Shown here piece after piece: positions 17,827-27,912 of a stretch of 64,000 nucleotides of DNA. Numbering within the stretch: position 1 is the first letter of the stretch; the number at the start of each line of letters is the position of its first letter. The notes under the pieces are model-generated. The model was not told the origin of the DNA and ran no database searches. It worked only from the letters and a program-made list of their open reading frames with translations. Source of the DNA: Candidatus Binatia bacterium (GTDB lineage Bacteria; Desulfobacterota; Binatia; UBA9968; JAJDTQ01); NCBI GenBank assembly GCA_963666515.2, contig OY762897.2, positions 288,001 to 352,000 of the forward strand, in the 5' to 3' direction. The position numbers and the translations under genes were made by a program.

Positions 17827-19734
17827 ATGTCAAAATCAACCTTCGCATCGCTTGAACATGAGGACCTGAAGGACTGGGCGGGGCCGGCCGTCTTCAGGCG
17901 CGGACGGGGATATCGGAACCGCGTGTCCGATCTTGCCGTCACCGAGGAAGGGCATATCGTTGCGGAGGTCATGGGAACCGGGCGCTATGTCACGCGTGTG
18001 TGGATGACCGGCGAGGGATTCGACCACGAGTGCACTTGTCCTTACGCGGGGCCGTGCAAACATGCGGTTGCCGTGGGGCTGACCTGCGTTGACTTGGTCA
18101 AGTCTGGAGAGACGATTCCCCTGATAGAGGCCGAGGAACTGGAAATCTGGTTGTTGGAGCATGGTGCCGGGGGCGCTTCGGGAGAAACTATCGATCGCGA
18201 GAAGGCGCGCGCGGCTCTTGAGGCGATGTCCAAGGCTCAGATCGTCGAATGGGCGATGGACAGCTTTGTCGCGCATCCGGGGTTGTTCGATTCCTTGCTT
18301 TCGGCGTCGCCCCTCGTGGACAAGGCGTCGCCCCTCACGGACGAGGCGTTGGCGCGGACGATGGCACGGCTGCGCGCGCAGATCCGGGAGAAGGCAAGCG
18401 AGCCGGGCTGGCAGAGACACTGGGACGACGGCGGGTACACCCCGGACTACACGCCTGTCCGGGCGCAACTCGAAAAGCTTCTGAAAGGCGGACAAGCACA
18501 GACCGTGGTCGAGTTGGGAGAGGATCTGTTTCAAGAGGGTAACCGCCAAGTGATGGCGTCGGATGACGAGGGTGAGACCGCGGACCAGATCAGGGATTGC
18601 ATGGCGGTGGTGCTGGACGCTCTGAGGGAGATTGGGCAGCCCGTCGCGACGCGCTTGATCTGGTACTGGGACAAAGAGTTGGAAGACGAAGGCTGTCTGC
18701 TGGACGGGCTGGAGGCGCCCGTGGACGAGGATGAACTCAGTGAGGCTGAATGGCGCGAGGTCGCTGAAGAGTTCGAGGGGCGGCTGGCCTCCTGCCCCAA
18801 GCCCGAACCGGGCGGCGGGCCGTTCGCCGAACGGTACGAGAGACAGAGGCTGTTGCATCGCGCGACTTTGGCGCTGTCCCGCGCGGGCCAGCAAGAGCGG
18901 GCAGTGGATATGATGATCGCGGAGTTGCCCTACAGCGACAACTACGTCGAACTGGTTCAGTGTCTGATGGCGCGCGGGACCTACGATCAGGCGGCTGATT
19001 GGGCGCGCCAGGGTTTCGGCAAGACCCTGGAACATCTCCCCGGCATCGCGTGGCAGTTGCTGGGCCTGCTGATCGAGATCGCCGGGAGACACGAGGACTG
19101 GTTGCTGGTCGCCGCTCTTCGAGTCGAAGCATTCGTGGCGCGCACGGAAATCGTCAACTACACGGACGCCGAGCAAGCAAGCCGAAAGGCAGGCTGCTGG
19201 AACCGGGTCCGGCAGGCCCTGTTGCGTTTCCTGGAAACGGGAAAGAAGCCTTTGTCCGGAGAGGGCTGGCCGCTTCCCGACACCGGGCTCCAGTGGTCCA
19301 CACCCAAGACACCCAAGTATTTGCGAAGGTCCGCAGCCAGATTTCGGTCACCCTTCCCCGATCACAACCGGCTGATCGAGGTGGCGTTGTACGAGAAACG
19401 AACGGAGGACGCGCTGCGGTGGTTCAAGGAGGCGCCCGGCGAAGGCTATCACGCCGAAGCCGTCGCCGAGGCCGTGGCGACGACGCATTCGGATGTGAGC
19501 TTGGGTATCTGGCGCGGCAGGGCGGAAGGGCTGATCGCCAGGGTCAAGCCCAGCGCGTATCAGGAAGCCATGCCATATTTGTCGCGGATGGGAAGGCTCA
19601 TGCGGGGCCTCGGTCGCGGCGATGAGTACCGCGGTTACATCTCAGGGTTGCGCCGTCTGCACAAGGCCAAGCGGCGCCTGATGAAAGAGTTGGACGAGTT
19701 GGAACGGCGGGACGCAGCCGAACACAGGGACTGA
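17827..19734 (+). CDS. SWIM zinc-finger domain protein with helical C-terminus
   Basis: RGRGY, VMGTGRY, CTCPYAGPCKHAVA (SWIM CxC..CxH), C-terminal HKAKRRLMKEL. Confidence 0.85.
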   Translation: MSKSTFASLEHEDLKDWAGPAVFRRGRGYRNRVSDLAVTEEGHIVAEVMGTGRYVTRVWMTGEGFDHECTCPYAGPCKHAVAVGLTCVDLVKSGETIPLIEAEELEIWLLEHGAGGASGETIDREKARAALEAMSKAQIVEWAMDSFVAHPGLFDSLLSASPLVDKASPLTDEALARTMARLRAQIREKASEPGWQRHWDDGGYTPDYTPVRAQLEKLLKGGQAQTVVELGEDLFQEGNRQVMASDDEGETADQIRDCMAVVLDALREIGQPVATRLIWYWDKELEDEGCLLDGLEAPVDEDELSEAEWREVAEEFEGRLASCPKPEPGGGPFAERYERQRLLHRATLALSRAGQQERAVDMMIAELPYSDNYVELVQCLMARGTYDQAADWARQGFGKTLEHLPGIAWQLLGLLIEIAGRHEDWLLVAALRVEAFVARTEIVNYTDAEQASRKAGCWNRVRQALLRFLETGKKPLSGEGWPLPDTGLQWSTPKTPKYLRRSAARFRSPFPDHNRLIEVALYEKRTEDALRWFKEAPGEGYHAEAVAEAVATTHSDVSLGIWRGRAEGLIARVKPSAYQEAMPYLSRMGRLMRGLGRGDEYRGYISGLRRLHKAKRRLMKELDELERRDAAEHRD

Positions 19735-19852
19735 GTCTGCGGCCCGCTCGCGCGCTCGCCTTGTCCGCTCACGGGCCGAGTGCTAGTCTCTCTCCCCTGA
19801 CGAGCTTGCCCCGCAAGTTCTCCTGACAACCACCGAAACGGAGGCATGACCC

Positions 19853-20950
19853 ATGATCATCGATCTCGACTCGCACCTGCGCGAGGGATACTTCATGGAC
19901 GAGGTGTACAGGCTGGACGAGCCGTTCGCCCAGTTCACGCCGAGGAAGGCCAACGACCAGGGCCGGAGCCACGGCACCCGCTTCATCCATTCCCTGGAGC
20001 CGCTCAATCCCCAGGGCATCGCCACCCACAAGCATCCCTACATCTACGACCCCAAGATCAACTGGCGCGCCGGCGAGATCGCCGAGCGGCAGGTGGGGGG
20101 CTACGACATGGCGCGGCGGCAGGAGGACATCCGCAAGGAGCGCATCGACAAGGAGATCATCTTCCCCACCGGCATCAGCATCGCCACGCAGAACCAGGGC
20201 CGCCTGGGCGCGGCGCTGGCGCGGGCGTTCAACGACTGGGTGGCGAACCTGGTCAAGGGCTACGAGGACACGTTCCTGCCTTGTGCCATGGCCCCGGCGG
20301 GCTGCCCGGAGGCCATGCCGGACGAGGTGACGCGCTGCGTCAAGGAACTGGGCTTCAAGGCCGCGCACTTGGCGCCCTACGTGGGGTCCCGGAACATGGA
20401 CGACCCGGTGTTCTACCCGTACTACGAGACCGTCCAGGACCTCGGCGTGCCGCTCTTCTGCCATCCCAACAGCAACGGCGACCTCACGGACCGGTTCGAC
20501 AACTTCTACAAGACCCACGTGATGGGACGGGTGATGAACTGCACCGCGGCGCTGGTGGCGTTGGTGCTGGGCGGGGTGTTCGAGAAGTTCCCGCGTCTCA
20601 GGGTGGTGTTCTTCGAGTGCAGCGCGGAATGGATACTCTTCTGGATGCACCGCATGGACGACGACTACGAGTGGGCCAAGGATTTCGTCCAGCTCACCGG
20701 CCACCTGAGCATGGCGCCGTCGGAATACATCAAGCGCAACTGCTACGTGACCTGCGAGGCCGACGAGCGCGACCTGGCCACCCCCATCAAGGAACTGGGC
20801 GAGGACCGCATCTTCCTGGCCACCGACTACCCGCACTTCGATTCGGAGTACCCGCACACGGTATCGGGCATCGAGGAAAGAAGTGACATTACCGACGCGC
20901 AAAAGGCGAAGATCCTGGGTGACAACGCCGAGGAGTTGTTGAATCTGTAG
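19853..20950 (+). CDS. amidohydrolase_2 family protein (decarboxylase/hydratase-like)
   Basis: IDLDSH, LFCHP, GVFEKFPRLRVVFFE, ATDYPH and ILGDNA motifs. Confidence 0.9.
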   Translation: MIIDLDSHLREGYFMDEVYRLDEPFAQFTPRKANDQGRSHGTRFIHSLEPLNPQGIATHKHPYIYDPKINWRAGEIAERQVGGYDMARRQEDIRKERIDKEIIFPTGISIATQNQGRLGAALARAFNDWVANLVKGYEDTFLPCAMAPAGCPEAMPDEVTRCVKELGFKAAHLAPYVGSRNMDDPVFYPYYETVQDLGVPLFCHPNSNGDLTDRFDNFYKTHVMGRVMNCTAALVALVLGGVFEKFPRLRVVFFECSAEWILFWMHRMDDDYEWAKDFVQLTGHLSMAPSEYIKRNCYVTCEADERDLATPIKELGEDRIFLATDYPHFDSEYPHTVSGIEERSDITDAQKAKILGDNAEELLNL

Positions 20951-21037
20951 GGCCTGCGTGTTACGAGCGGTTCAAGAGCCATAGGCTCATGCCACGCGCA
21001 ATCCCCTGACAGACAATTGCAGATCGGAGGAGCGGCC

Positions 21038-21214
21038 GTGAAGGATCGAATTCGAGAGATCGACAAGGAGTACGGGTTCAATCTCAGCGAGGACGAGATC
21101 GAATCCATCGCGAAGCAGGCGGAGGAAACCCACCAACTGCTCCAGGACCTGTACAAGGTCGATGTCGCCGGGGTCATGCCGATCATGAAGATCGACAAGC
21201 AGCGGAAGAGCTGA
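21038..21214 (+). CDS. small protein, GatC/AtzG-like
   Basis: GGAGGAG RBS; LSEDEIE...LYKVDVAGVMP resembles GatC-type helical proteins. Confidence 0.55.
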   Translation: MKDRIREIDKEYGFNLSEDEIESIAKQAEETHQLLQDLYKVDVAGVMPIMKIDKQRKS

Positions 21215-21254
21215 CCCCCGCCCGACCCGCGCAACCCCACCCTGCACCGACACC

Positions 21255-22529
21255 ATGGACGACACCACCAAGGAACAGATCCTCCAGCACATCGACGGCC
21301 AGGAGCTGGCCGAGCTGACCCGCGACCTCGTGGACATCCTGAGCCCCACCGGCTCGGAGAAGGAGATCGGCGAGTTCATCCTCGACTGGTACGGGCGCAA
21401 CGGCCTGAAGCCCGTCCGCCAGGAGATCGATCCCAACCGCGTGAATGCGGTGGGCGTGCTCCAGGGCAGCGGCGGCGGCGTGTCGTTGATGATCAACGGC
21501 CACATGGACACGAGCTTCACCGGGCAGGAAGACGACCTGATGCTGTGCCGGGAACTGGAGCCCCAGAGCGAGCTTCAGGGAGCCATACGCGACGGCAAGG
21601 TGTTCGGTCTGGCCGCGTCCAACATGAAGTCCGGTCTGGCGGCCTTCATGGTGGCCGGCAAGGCGCTCAAGAAGAGCGGCGCGCCTCTCAAGGGCGACCT
21701 CATCCTGGCGGCCGTGGCCGGCGAGATCTCCCGCACCCCCATCGGGCCGTACCAATCGGGACTGTACCGCGGCGAGGGCACCGGCACCCGCCACCTGCTG
21801 ACCTACGGCGTCCAGTCCGACTACGCCATCGTGGCGGACCGCTCGGCCCTGTCCATCATCTGGACCCAGGCCGGCGTGGCCCAGTTCAAGATCGACACCT
21901 TCGGCAACCCCCACGCGGCCTGGGGCGTCACCCGGAAGCAGGAGCCGCCCGGGGAGCACAACGCGGTGCTCAAGATGGCCAGCGTGGTGCAGGCGGTGGA
22001 CGCCTGGGCCGAGGAGTTCGAGGCCAACCACGTCTACCAGTCGGCCAACGGGCCGATCATCCCCAAGGTCAACCTCGGCTCGGTGCAGGGGGGCGCTCCC
22101 TACCGGCCCAACTATCACCCGGGCATCTGCTCGCTGTACGTGGACGTGCGCATTCCGCCGGAGCTTCGGCCCATCGAGGTGCAGCGCCAGTTGCGCGCTG
22201 TCATGGACGCCACCGGCTACGAGTACGACATCGAGATGTACACCTCGAAGATGGGCTACGAGGCCAAGGGCATCGAGCCCGTGGTGGAGGTCATCGAGAG
22301 CACGCACCAGGAGCTGTTCGGCGAGAAGACCACCCCGGCCAACACCTTCCGCTCCAGCATCTGGACCGACACCAACATCTACAACGAGATGGGCATTCCC
22401 GCCTGCAAGTTCGGCCTCGGCGGAGGCCGATGGACCACCCGGTCGGAGCAGATCGACATCGACGAGATCGTGCGGGCGTCGAAGATCTACGCGCTGTCCG
22501 CGGCGACCGTCTGCAACTGGAGCCGGTAG
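21255..22529 (+). CDS. M20/ArgE-DapE-like metallopeptidase homologue with non-canonical metal site
   Basis: SPTGSE, NGHMDT, G.AASNMKSG, GNPH, VDVRIPP motifs. Confidence 0.85.
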   Translation: MDDTTKEQILQHIDGQELAELTRDLVDILSPTGSEKEIGEFILDWYGRNGLKPVRQEIDPNRVNAVGVLQGSGGGVSLMINGHMDTSFTGQEDDLMLCRELEPQSELQGAIRDGKVFGLAASNMKSGLAAFMVAGKALKKSGAPLKGDLILAAVAGEISRTPIGPYQSGLYRGEGTGTRHLLTYGVQSDYAIVADRSALSIIWTQAGVAQFKIDTFGNPHAAWGVTRKQEPPGEHNAVLKMASVVQAVDAWAEEFEANHVYQSANGPIIPKVNLGSVQGGAPYRPNYHPGICSLYVDVRIPPELRPIEVQRQLRAVMDATGYEYDIEMYTSKMGYEAKGIEPVVEVIESTHQELFGEKTTPANTFRSSIWTDTNIYNEMGIPACKFGLGGGRWTTRSEQIDIDEIVRASKIYALSAATVCNWSR

Positions 22530-22592
22530 TGTCCCGTCCCGCAACGTCATTGATGAGACAGGGCGCCGAAGGTTCCCCGGCCCGGAGACGAA

Positions 22593-23099
22593 ATGGAACC
22601 CGTACTCGCTGAAAAGATCGTCCACGGCTTGAAGGCGGCGGGCATCGATTTCATGACCTACCTGCCGGAGAGCCGGCTGAGCCAGATCCTGCCGCTCCTG
22701 CGCGAGGACGGCACGGTGCAACTGGTGGGCGCCGCCAGCGAGCAGGAGGCCATCACCATCGCCGCGGGCGCGGCCCTCGGCGGCAAGCGGGTGGCCTGCT
22801 ACATGGAGAGCACCGGGCCCTATGTCTCCGCCTACTCGCTCCTCACCGTGGGCAAGCAGATGGGCGTGCCGATTCTGCTGCTCATCGGCTTCCTGGGCAG
22901 CTTCGCCGATCAGCGCAACAGCTTCCTTTACGTCACCATCGGCATGCGCATGATCCCCACCCTCGAAGGGCTGGGGCTCGAATACCGCGTCATCGAGAAC
23001 GCCGACAACCTGGAGCGGCACATCCGGGACGCGCAGCGGGTGAGCGACTCCATGCGGGCGCCGGCCGCCCTGATCTTCTCCGGGGAGTTCGCCCGATGA
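22593..23099 (+). CDS. ThDP-dependent decarboxylase alpha subunit, ComD-like
   Basis: LKAAGIDFMTYLPESRL, SEQEAITIAAGAALGGK. Confidence 0.8.
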   Translation: MEPVLAEKIVHGLKAAGIDFMTYLPESRLSQILPLLREDGTVQLVGAASEQEAITIAAGAALGGKRVACYMESTGPYVSAYSLLTVGKQMGVPILLLIGFLGSFADQRNSFLYVTIGMRMIPTLEGLGLEYRVIENADNLERHIRDAQRVSDSMRAPAALIFSGEFAR

Positions 23100-23698
23100 T
23101 CCGGCGCGACTGTCTTGAGCTCATCGCGCCGTTGATGACCGATCAGCTTGTGCTGTCCTCTCAGAGCGGCCAGCGCATCGAATGGTTCCACCTGTCGCAG
23201 CACGAGGGCAACCTGCTGGTGGGCATGATGGGTTGCGCCACGGGCGTGGGCATGGGACTGGCGCTGGCGCTGCCCCACCGTCGCGTCATCGTGCTCGAAT
23301 CCGACGGCAGCGTGCTGCTGTCGCTGTTCAACCTGCCGACCCTGGGCAATCTCAATCTGTCCAACCTGACGGTGTTCGTGTTCGACAACGAGGTGTACAG
23401 CGGCAGCACCATGAGCGAGCCCACGGCCACGGCCGGCAAGACCGACCTGGAGGCCATCGCCCGTGCCTCGGGCATAGAGAACGCGGTCACCGTGCACGAC
23501 GTCGAGGGCTTCAAGGAGCACGGCCTGCCGGGCGTGACCGGCGAGGGGCTCCACTACGTCATATGCAAGGTGGAGGAGAGCCTCATCCACCGCGAGATCC
23601 CGCGCCCCAACGTCGATCTGGCGGAGTACAAGTACCGGTTCGTTCGCTACATCGAGCGCACCGAGGGCATTACCATTCCTTTCGTCGGCCTGGGATAG
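23096..23698 (+). CDS. ThDP-dependent decarboxylase beta subunit, ComE-like
   Basis: MGCATGVGMGLALA, SDGSVLL...VFDNEVY ThDP motif; ATGA overlap with the alpha gene. Confidence 0.82.
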   Translation: MIRRDCLELIAPLMTDQLVLSSQSGQRIEWFHLSQHEGNLLVGMMGCATGVGMGLALALPHRRVIVLESDGSVLLSLFNLPTLGNLNLSNLTVFVFDNEVYSGSTMSEPTATAGKTDLEAIARASGIENAVTVHDVEGFKEHGLPGVTGEGLHYVICKVEESLIHREIPRPNVDLAEYKYRFVRYIERTEGITIPFVGLG

Positions 23699-23767
23699 AG
23701 GCGCCGCCCCATCCCGGAGCCGGCATTCCGAAGTCATCAAACCAAACCACAAGGAGGTGCAATCGTC

Positions 23768-24280
23768 ATGCCGACCAACCAAGAGGCAGTGAAACGTCAG
23801 GAAGCGGAGAAGACCGAGTACGACTGGGGTACGCTCTGGCCGCACTATCACAAGGAGAGGATGAACTGGGCCACCGGGTTCCGCACCAAGGGCGACGTGG
23901 ACATCCTGTTCCTTTCCGGCTCCACCGGACGCGACCCGTTCGAGGACGCGCCCTGCCGGGAGCCCGGCGAGGAGCGGTCCGGCCGCGGCAAGGTCGTCGG
24001 CGGCATCAAGGAGCAGACCCGTCAGGCCTGGCAGGACATCAAGGACAACCTGGAGATGATGGGCGGCGAGCTGAAGAACATCGTCATGATCCGCTATTTC
24101 CTCACCCGGCGCGAGGACGTGTTCGACATGCGTGACGAGATGTACGCGTTCTTCGAGGAGCACGAGCCCGATCTGCGGGCCCATCCCCGTCCCGCCACCC
24201 TGCTGCGCGGCGTCGGCATCGACCTGCAGGACATGCTTATCGAGATCGAGGCATGGGCCGCGGTGCCGCGCAAGAAGTAG
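23768..24280 (+). CDS. Rid/YjgF family protein
   Basis: LFLSG, EQTRQAWQDIKDNL, LIEIEAWA; AAGGAGG RBS. Confidence 0.85.
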   Translation: MPTNQEAVKRQEAEKTEYDWGTLWPHYHKERMNWATGFRTKGDVDILFLSGSTGRDPFEDAPCREPGEERSGRGKVVGGIKEQTRQAWQDIKDNLEMMGGELKNIVMIRYFLTRREDVFDMRDEMYAFFEEHEPDLRAHPRPATLLRGVGIDLQDMLIEIEAWAAVPRKK

Positions 24281-24352
24281 CCGCCTGAAACGCGATGCGG
24301 GGGGTCGCCGGCAAGCCGGCGGCTCCCGCGTCCATCCAACCCGACACCGACC

Positions 24353-25126
24353 CTACAGCCAGTCCAGTTCCGCCATCACCGGCGCGTGGTCCGACGGCTT
24401 CGAGCCCTTGCGTTCGTCCCGGTCGACGCCGGCCGACGTCGAGCGCGACGCCAGTTCCGGAGTGGCGAGGATGTGGTCGATGCGGAGCCCCTGGTTGCGC
24501 GGAAACGCGAGCTGGCGGTAGTCCCACCACGAATAGAGCCCCGGCTCCGGGTTGTGTTTACGGACCACGTCCTCAAGCCCCCAATCCGACAGCCGAGTCA
24601 TCACGCCGGTCATGTCGGGGTTGAAGAGCACGGTGCCGCGCCACTCGTCCGGCTCGGCCACGTCCGCCACGTCGGGAGCGATGTTGAAATCGCCGGAGAT
24701 CAGCAGCGGCGTGCCCGGCGCGTGGGTCCTGTCGAGATAGGCGAACAGGCGCTCCAGCCATTCGCGCTTGTAGACGTACTTGTCCGAATCGACCGTGCTC
24801 CCGTTGGGGACGTAGACCGAAATGAACCGGATGCCCTGGACCATGCCGCAGATGCAGCGCGCCTGGGGATCGTCCACCCCATCGTCGAAACCGATGCGCA
24901 CGTCCTCGATGGGCTCGCGTGACAGGATCGCCACGCCGTTGTAGGTCCTCTGGCCGTGCGCCGCGGCGTGATAGCCTTGCTCCTTCAGCACCTCGTGGGG
25001 AAACTGCTCGTCGGTGACCTTGGTCTCCTGAAGGCACACCACGTCGGGGCCCTGGCGCGACAGCCAGTTCAGCAGCCGCTCCTCCCGCGCGCGGATGGAG
25101 TTGAGATTCCACGTGACGACTTTCAA
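24353..25126 (-). CDS. xth: exodeoxyribonuclease III
   Basis: TWNLNSIR, LQETK, YNGVA, YVPNG, GDFN, YSWWDYR, RIDH and SDHAP motifs; TTG start after GAGGAGG. Confidence 0.95.
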   Translation of the reverse strand: MKVVTWNLNSIRAREERLLNWLSRQGPDVVCLQETKVTDEQFPHEVLKEQGYHAAAHGQRTYNGVAILSREPIEDVRIGFDDGVDDPQARCICGMVQGIRFISVYVPNGSTVDSDKYVYKREWLERLFAYLDRTHAPGTPLLISGDFNIAPDVADVAEPDEWRGTVLFNPDMTGVMTRLSDWGLEDVVRKHNPEPGLYSWWDYRQLAFPRNQGLRIDHILATPELASRSTSAGVDRDERKGSKPSDHAPVMAELDWL

Positions 25127-25146
25127 GTTCTCCTCCTCTCTGCCGT

Positions 25147-25941
25147 TTACGCCCCCACCGTCCAGTACCGGCCGTTGCTCCGCCTCAACGCGAGCGGCAT
25201 CTCGTAAAGCTCCTGCAGCAGCGTCTCGGTGATGACCTTGCCGGTTTCGCCGGCCCGCAACACCCGGCCGTCCTTCAGCACCAGGGCCTTCTCGAAGGCG
25301 GGCAGGATCTCCTCGATGTGATGCGTGACGTACACCAGCGCGGTGGCGTCGCTGGTGCGCCCCAACTCTTGGAGCGCCGCCAGCAGGCTCTCCCTCGCTC
25401 CCGGATCCAGGCCGGCGCACGGCTCGTCCAGGAACATCAGGTAGGGGCGGGTCATCAGCGCCCGGCTGATGAGGACCTTCTGCTGCTCTCCCTGGGACAG
25501 CGTGCCGAACCCCTGGTCCTTCAGGTGCAGGCATCCCATGCGCTCCATCAGGACCTCGGCCTGCGCGAAGTCCTCTTCGACCGGATGGACCGTGGACATT
25601 TCCAGCAGTCCGATCTGCGCGAACTTGCCCGACACCACCGTCCGCAACGCCGGTTCCCGGCCCGGTATCTGGGAGGTGAGGGACGCCGTGACCCAGCCGA
25701 TGCCCTTGCGCAATTCCCGGAGGTCCACCCGCCGGCTGCCGTTGCGGTAGACGACGCCCCCCTGGTTGGGCCACAGGTAGCCGCATGCCATCTTCAGCAG
25801 CGTGGTCTTGCCCGAACCGTTGGGTCCCAGGATCACCCAGTGCTCGCCCCGGCCGACCGTCCAGGCAATGGAGTCGAGGATCGTCCGCTGCCCCGCGGAG
25901 TACGAGACGTTGCGTATGTCGAGCGGGACTGCCGTGTCCAT
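25147..25941 (-). CDS. ABC ATP-binding protein (ModF/YlmA-like)
   Basis: GPNGSGKT, LSQGEQQ, LDEP and VTHH motifs. Confidence 0.9.
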   Translation of the reverse strand: MDTAVPLDIRNVSYSAGQRTILDSIAWTVGRGEHWVILGPNGSGKTTLLKMACGYLWPNQGGVVYRNGSRRVDLRELRKGIGWVTASLTSQIPGREPALRTVVSGKFAQIGLLEMSTVHPVEEDFAQAEVLMERMGCLHLKDQGFGTLSQGEQQKVLISRALMTRPYLMFLDEPCAGLDPGARESLLAALQELGRTSDATALVYVTHHIEEILPAFEKALVLKDGRVLRAGETGKVITETLLQELYEMPLALRRSNGRYWTVGA

Positions 25942-25996
25942 GTTTTCCGTTTCTCCTCGTTGCCAACACAGGGCGAAGGTTCTAAATAGCATTCCT

Positions 25997-26746
25997 ATGC
26001 GCAGACTCGAAGGCCGGACGGCCATCGTCACCGGAAGCGGCCAGGGAATCGGCGAGGCCATTGCCGTGGCGATGGCGGAAGAGGGCGCGAGCGTGCTGGT
26101 GGCGGAGTTGCGGGAAGATACCGCCAACGCCGTGCAGCGGAAGATCGAGGAGGGCGGCGGCGCCGCTCTCGCCCACGCCACCGACGTATCGCGGGAAGAC
26201 TCCGTCGAGGCCATGGTACAGGCTTGCCTGGACCGTTTCGGCAGCGTCGATATCCTGGTCAACAACGCCGGCATCTATCCCACCAACACGGTTGAAGGGA
26301 TGCCCGAGGACGAATGGGAGCGGGTCATCGGCACCAACCTGTTCGGCACGTTCCTGTGCAGCCGCGCGGTGGCACCGCACATGCTCGCGCAACGGAGCGG
26401 GCGCATCATCAGCATCACCTCCGGCCGGGGGCTCCAGGGGGCCGACAACGGCGCCCACTACGCGGCCTCCAAGGGCGGCATCATCGGTTTCACCAAGAGC
26501 CTGGCCCTGGAGCTGGCGCCCGCCGGCATCGCCGTGAACTGCATCTGCCCGGGCGTGTCGGACACCGCGCAGCCCCGGGGCCACAGAACCGAGGATGAGC
26601 TTTACGCCAGCGCGGCCAGGATCCCGCTGGGGCGCATCGGCCAGCCGCGGGACATGGCCAAGGCGGCCGTCTTCCTCGCCAGCGACCGGGCGAAGTTCGT
26701 CACCGGGCAGACTCTGGTGGTCAACGGCGGCGCGATCATGCAGTAG
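25997..26746 (+). CDS. SDR family oxidoreductase
   Basis: TGSGQGIG, NNAG, YAASK. Confidence 0.92.
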   Translation: MRRLEGRTAIVTGSGQGIGEAIAVAMAEEGASVLVAELREDTANAVQRKIEEGGGAALAHATDVSREDSVEAMVQACLDRFGSVDILVNNAGIYPTNTVEGMPEDEWERVIGTNLFGTFLCSRAVAPHMLAQRSGRIISITSGRGLQGADNGAHYAASKGGIIGFTKSLALELAPAGIAVNCICPGVSDTAQPRGHRTEDELYASAARIPLGRIGQPRDMAKAAVFLASDRAKFVTGQTLVVNGGAIMQ

Positions 26747-26835
26747 AGTGGCGGAAGGTCCACCGTGTTGGTCAGGGAAATTCCGAGCGGTCGCGGTGAG
26801 CCCTCCGACCAGGGATTCCTCGGAACAAAGGATTC

Positions 26836-27582
26836 GTGATGGATGCGAAAGTGGTTGTCGTGACCGGCGGCGCCAGCGGCATCGGGCGCGCAACGGTCTT
26901 GCGTTTCAGTGAAGAGGGCTACGTGCCCGTTATCCTCGACCGGGACGCCGAAGCCGGCGCCGCCACCGCGTCGCTTCTCGAGACGAGACAGGTGGAAGGC
27001 CGCTTCATCCAGGCGGACCTGACCCGGAAGCCGGAGGTAGCAGCGGCGTTCGAGCGCATCCTGTCCGCCTGCGGCCGTATCGACGTGCTGGTGAACCTCG
27101 CCGGCGGCACGTTCCACAAGGGCGCGATTCACGAAGTCACCCCCGCGCAGTGGAAGGAGTGCCTCGACTTGAACCTCAAGACCACGTTCCTGTGCTCCCA
27201 GGCTGTCATCGCGCCCATGAAACAGGCAGGGCGGGGGACCATTATCAATACAGCCTCGAACTTCGGCGTCACCGGCGGCGCCGAGCGCACCCACTACGCC
27301 GCCTCCAAAGCCGCCATCATCGCCTTCTCCAAGTCCCTGGCCGCGGAGCTGGCCCCCCACGGCATCCGCGTCAACACCATCGCCCCCGGACTCACCGGCA
27401 CCGACCGCGTGCGCGGCAAGTACGACGAAGCCGAGTGGTCCGCGCTGTCCGGCGCTCTGCCCATGGGACGCGCCGCCATGCCCGAGGAGATCGCCGACGG
27501 CATCTTCTTCCTCGCCGGCGCCGATAGCGACTACGTCACCGGCGCCACCCTGCACGTGAACGGCGGGATGGTGATGCCGTGA
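26836..27582 (+). CDS. SDR family oxidoreductase
   Basis: TGGASGIG, YAASK, VNTIAPG. Confidence 0.92.
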   Translation: MMDAKVVVVTGGASGIGRATVLRFSEEGYVPVILDRDAEAGAATASLLETRQVEGRFIQADLTRKPEVAAAFERILSACGRIDVLVNLAGGTFHKGAIHEVTPAQWKECLDLNLKTTFLCSQAVIAPMKQAGRGTIINTASNFGVTGGAERTHYAASKAAIIAFSKSLAAELAPHGIRVNTIAPGLTGTDRVRGKYDEAEWSALSGALPMGRAAMPEEIADGIFFLAGADSDYVTGATLHVNGGMVMP

Positions 27583-27642
27583 GCGAGGCCGGTAGGCCGG
27601 TTGGGGTCCTGCAAGCCGGGGACGCGCTACGACACGCGCTGC

Positions 27643-27672
27643 TTGCAATGACCCACATGATAGCATTATAAT
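27643..27672 (+). promoter_or_regulatory. sigma70 promoter, probably giving a leaderless mRNA
   Basis: TTGCAA-N18-TATAAT, 6 nt before ATG 27679; no RBS. Confidence 0.6.
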
Positions 27673-27678
27673 ACCGGT

Positions 27679-27912
27679 ATGAGTTCAATACATATTCGTG
27701 CGGTCAACCCTTCGACACTCGACGCGCTGAAACGTCTGGCGCGCACTCATCACCGATCTCTCCAAGGCGAGTTACATGCGATTCTCGAACGAGCCGCACG
27801 TCTGGCCCCGCCGGCCGAGGAAGGTCGGCCGCTCCGCTTGGTGACGGTCAGATCCCGTCATGCGGCATCGTGGAGCAGGGAAGATATCTATGACGACGCT
27901 GGCGGCCGGTGA
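27679..27912 (+). CDS. FitA-like RHH antitoxin
   Basis: SIHIRAV....LDALKRLARTHHRSLQGELHAIL; C-terminal SREDIYDD. Confidence 0.85.
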   Translation: MSSIHIRAVNPSTLDALKRLARTHHRSLQGELHAILERAARLAPPAEEGRPLRLVTVRSRHAASWSREDIYDDAGGR

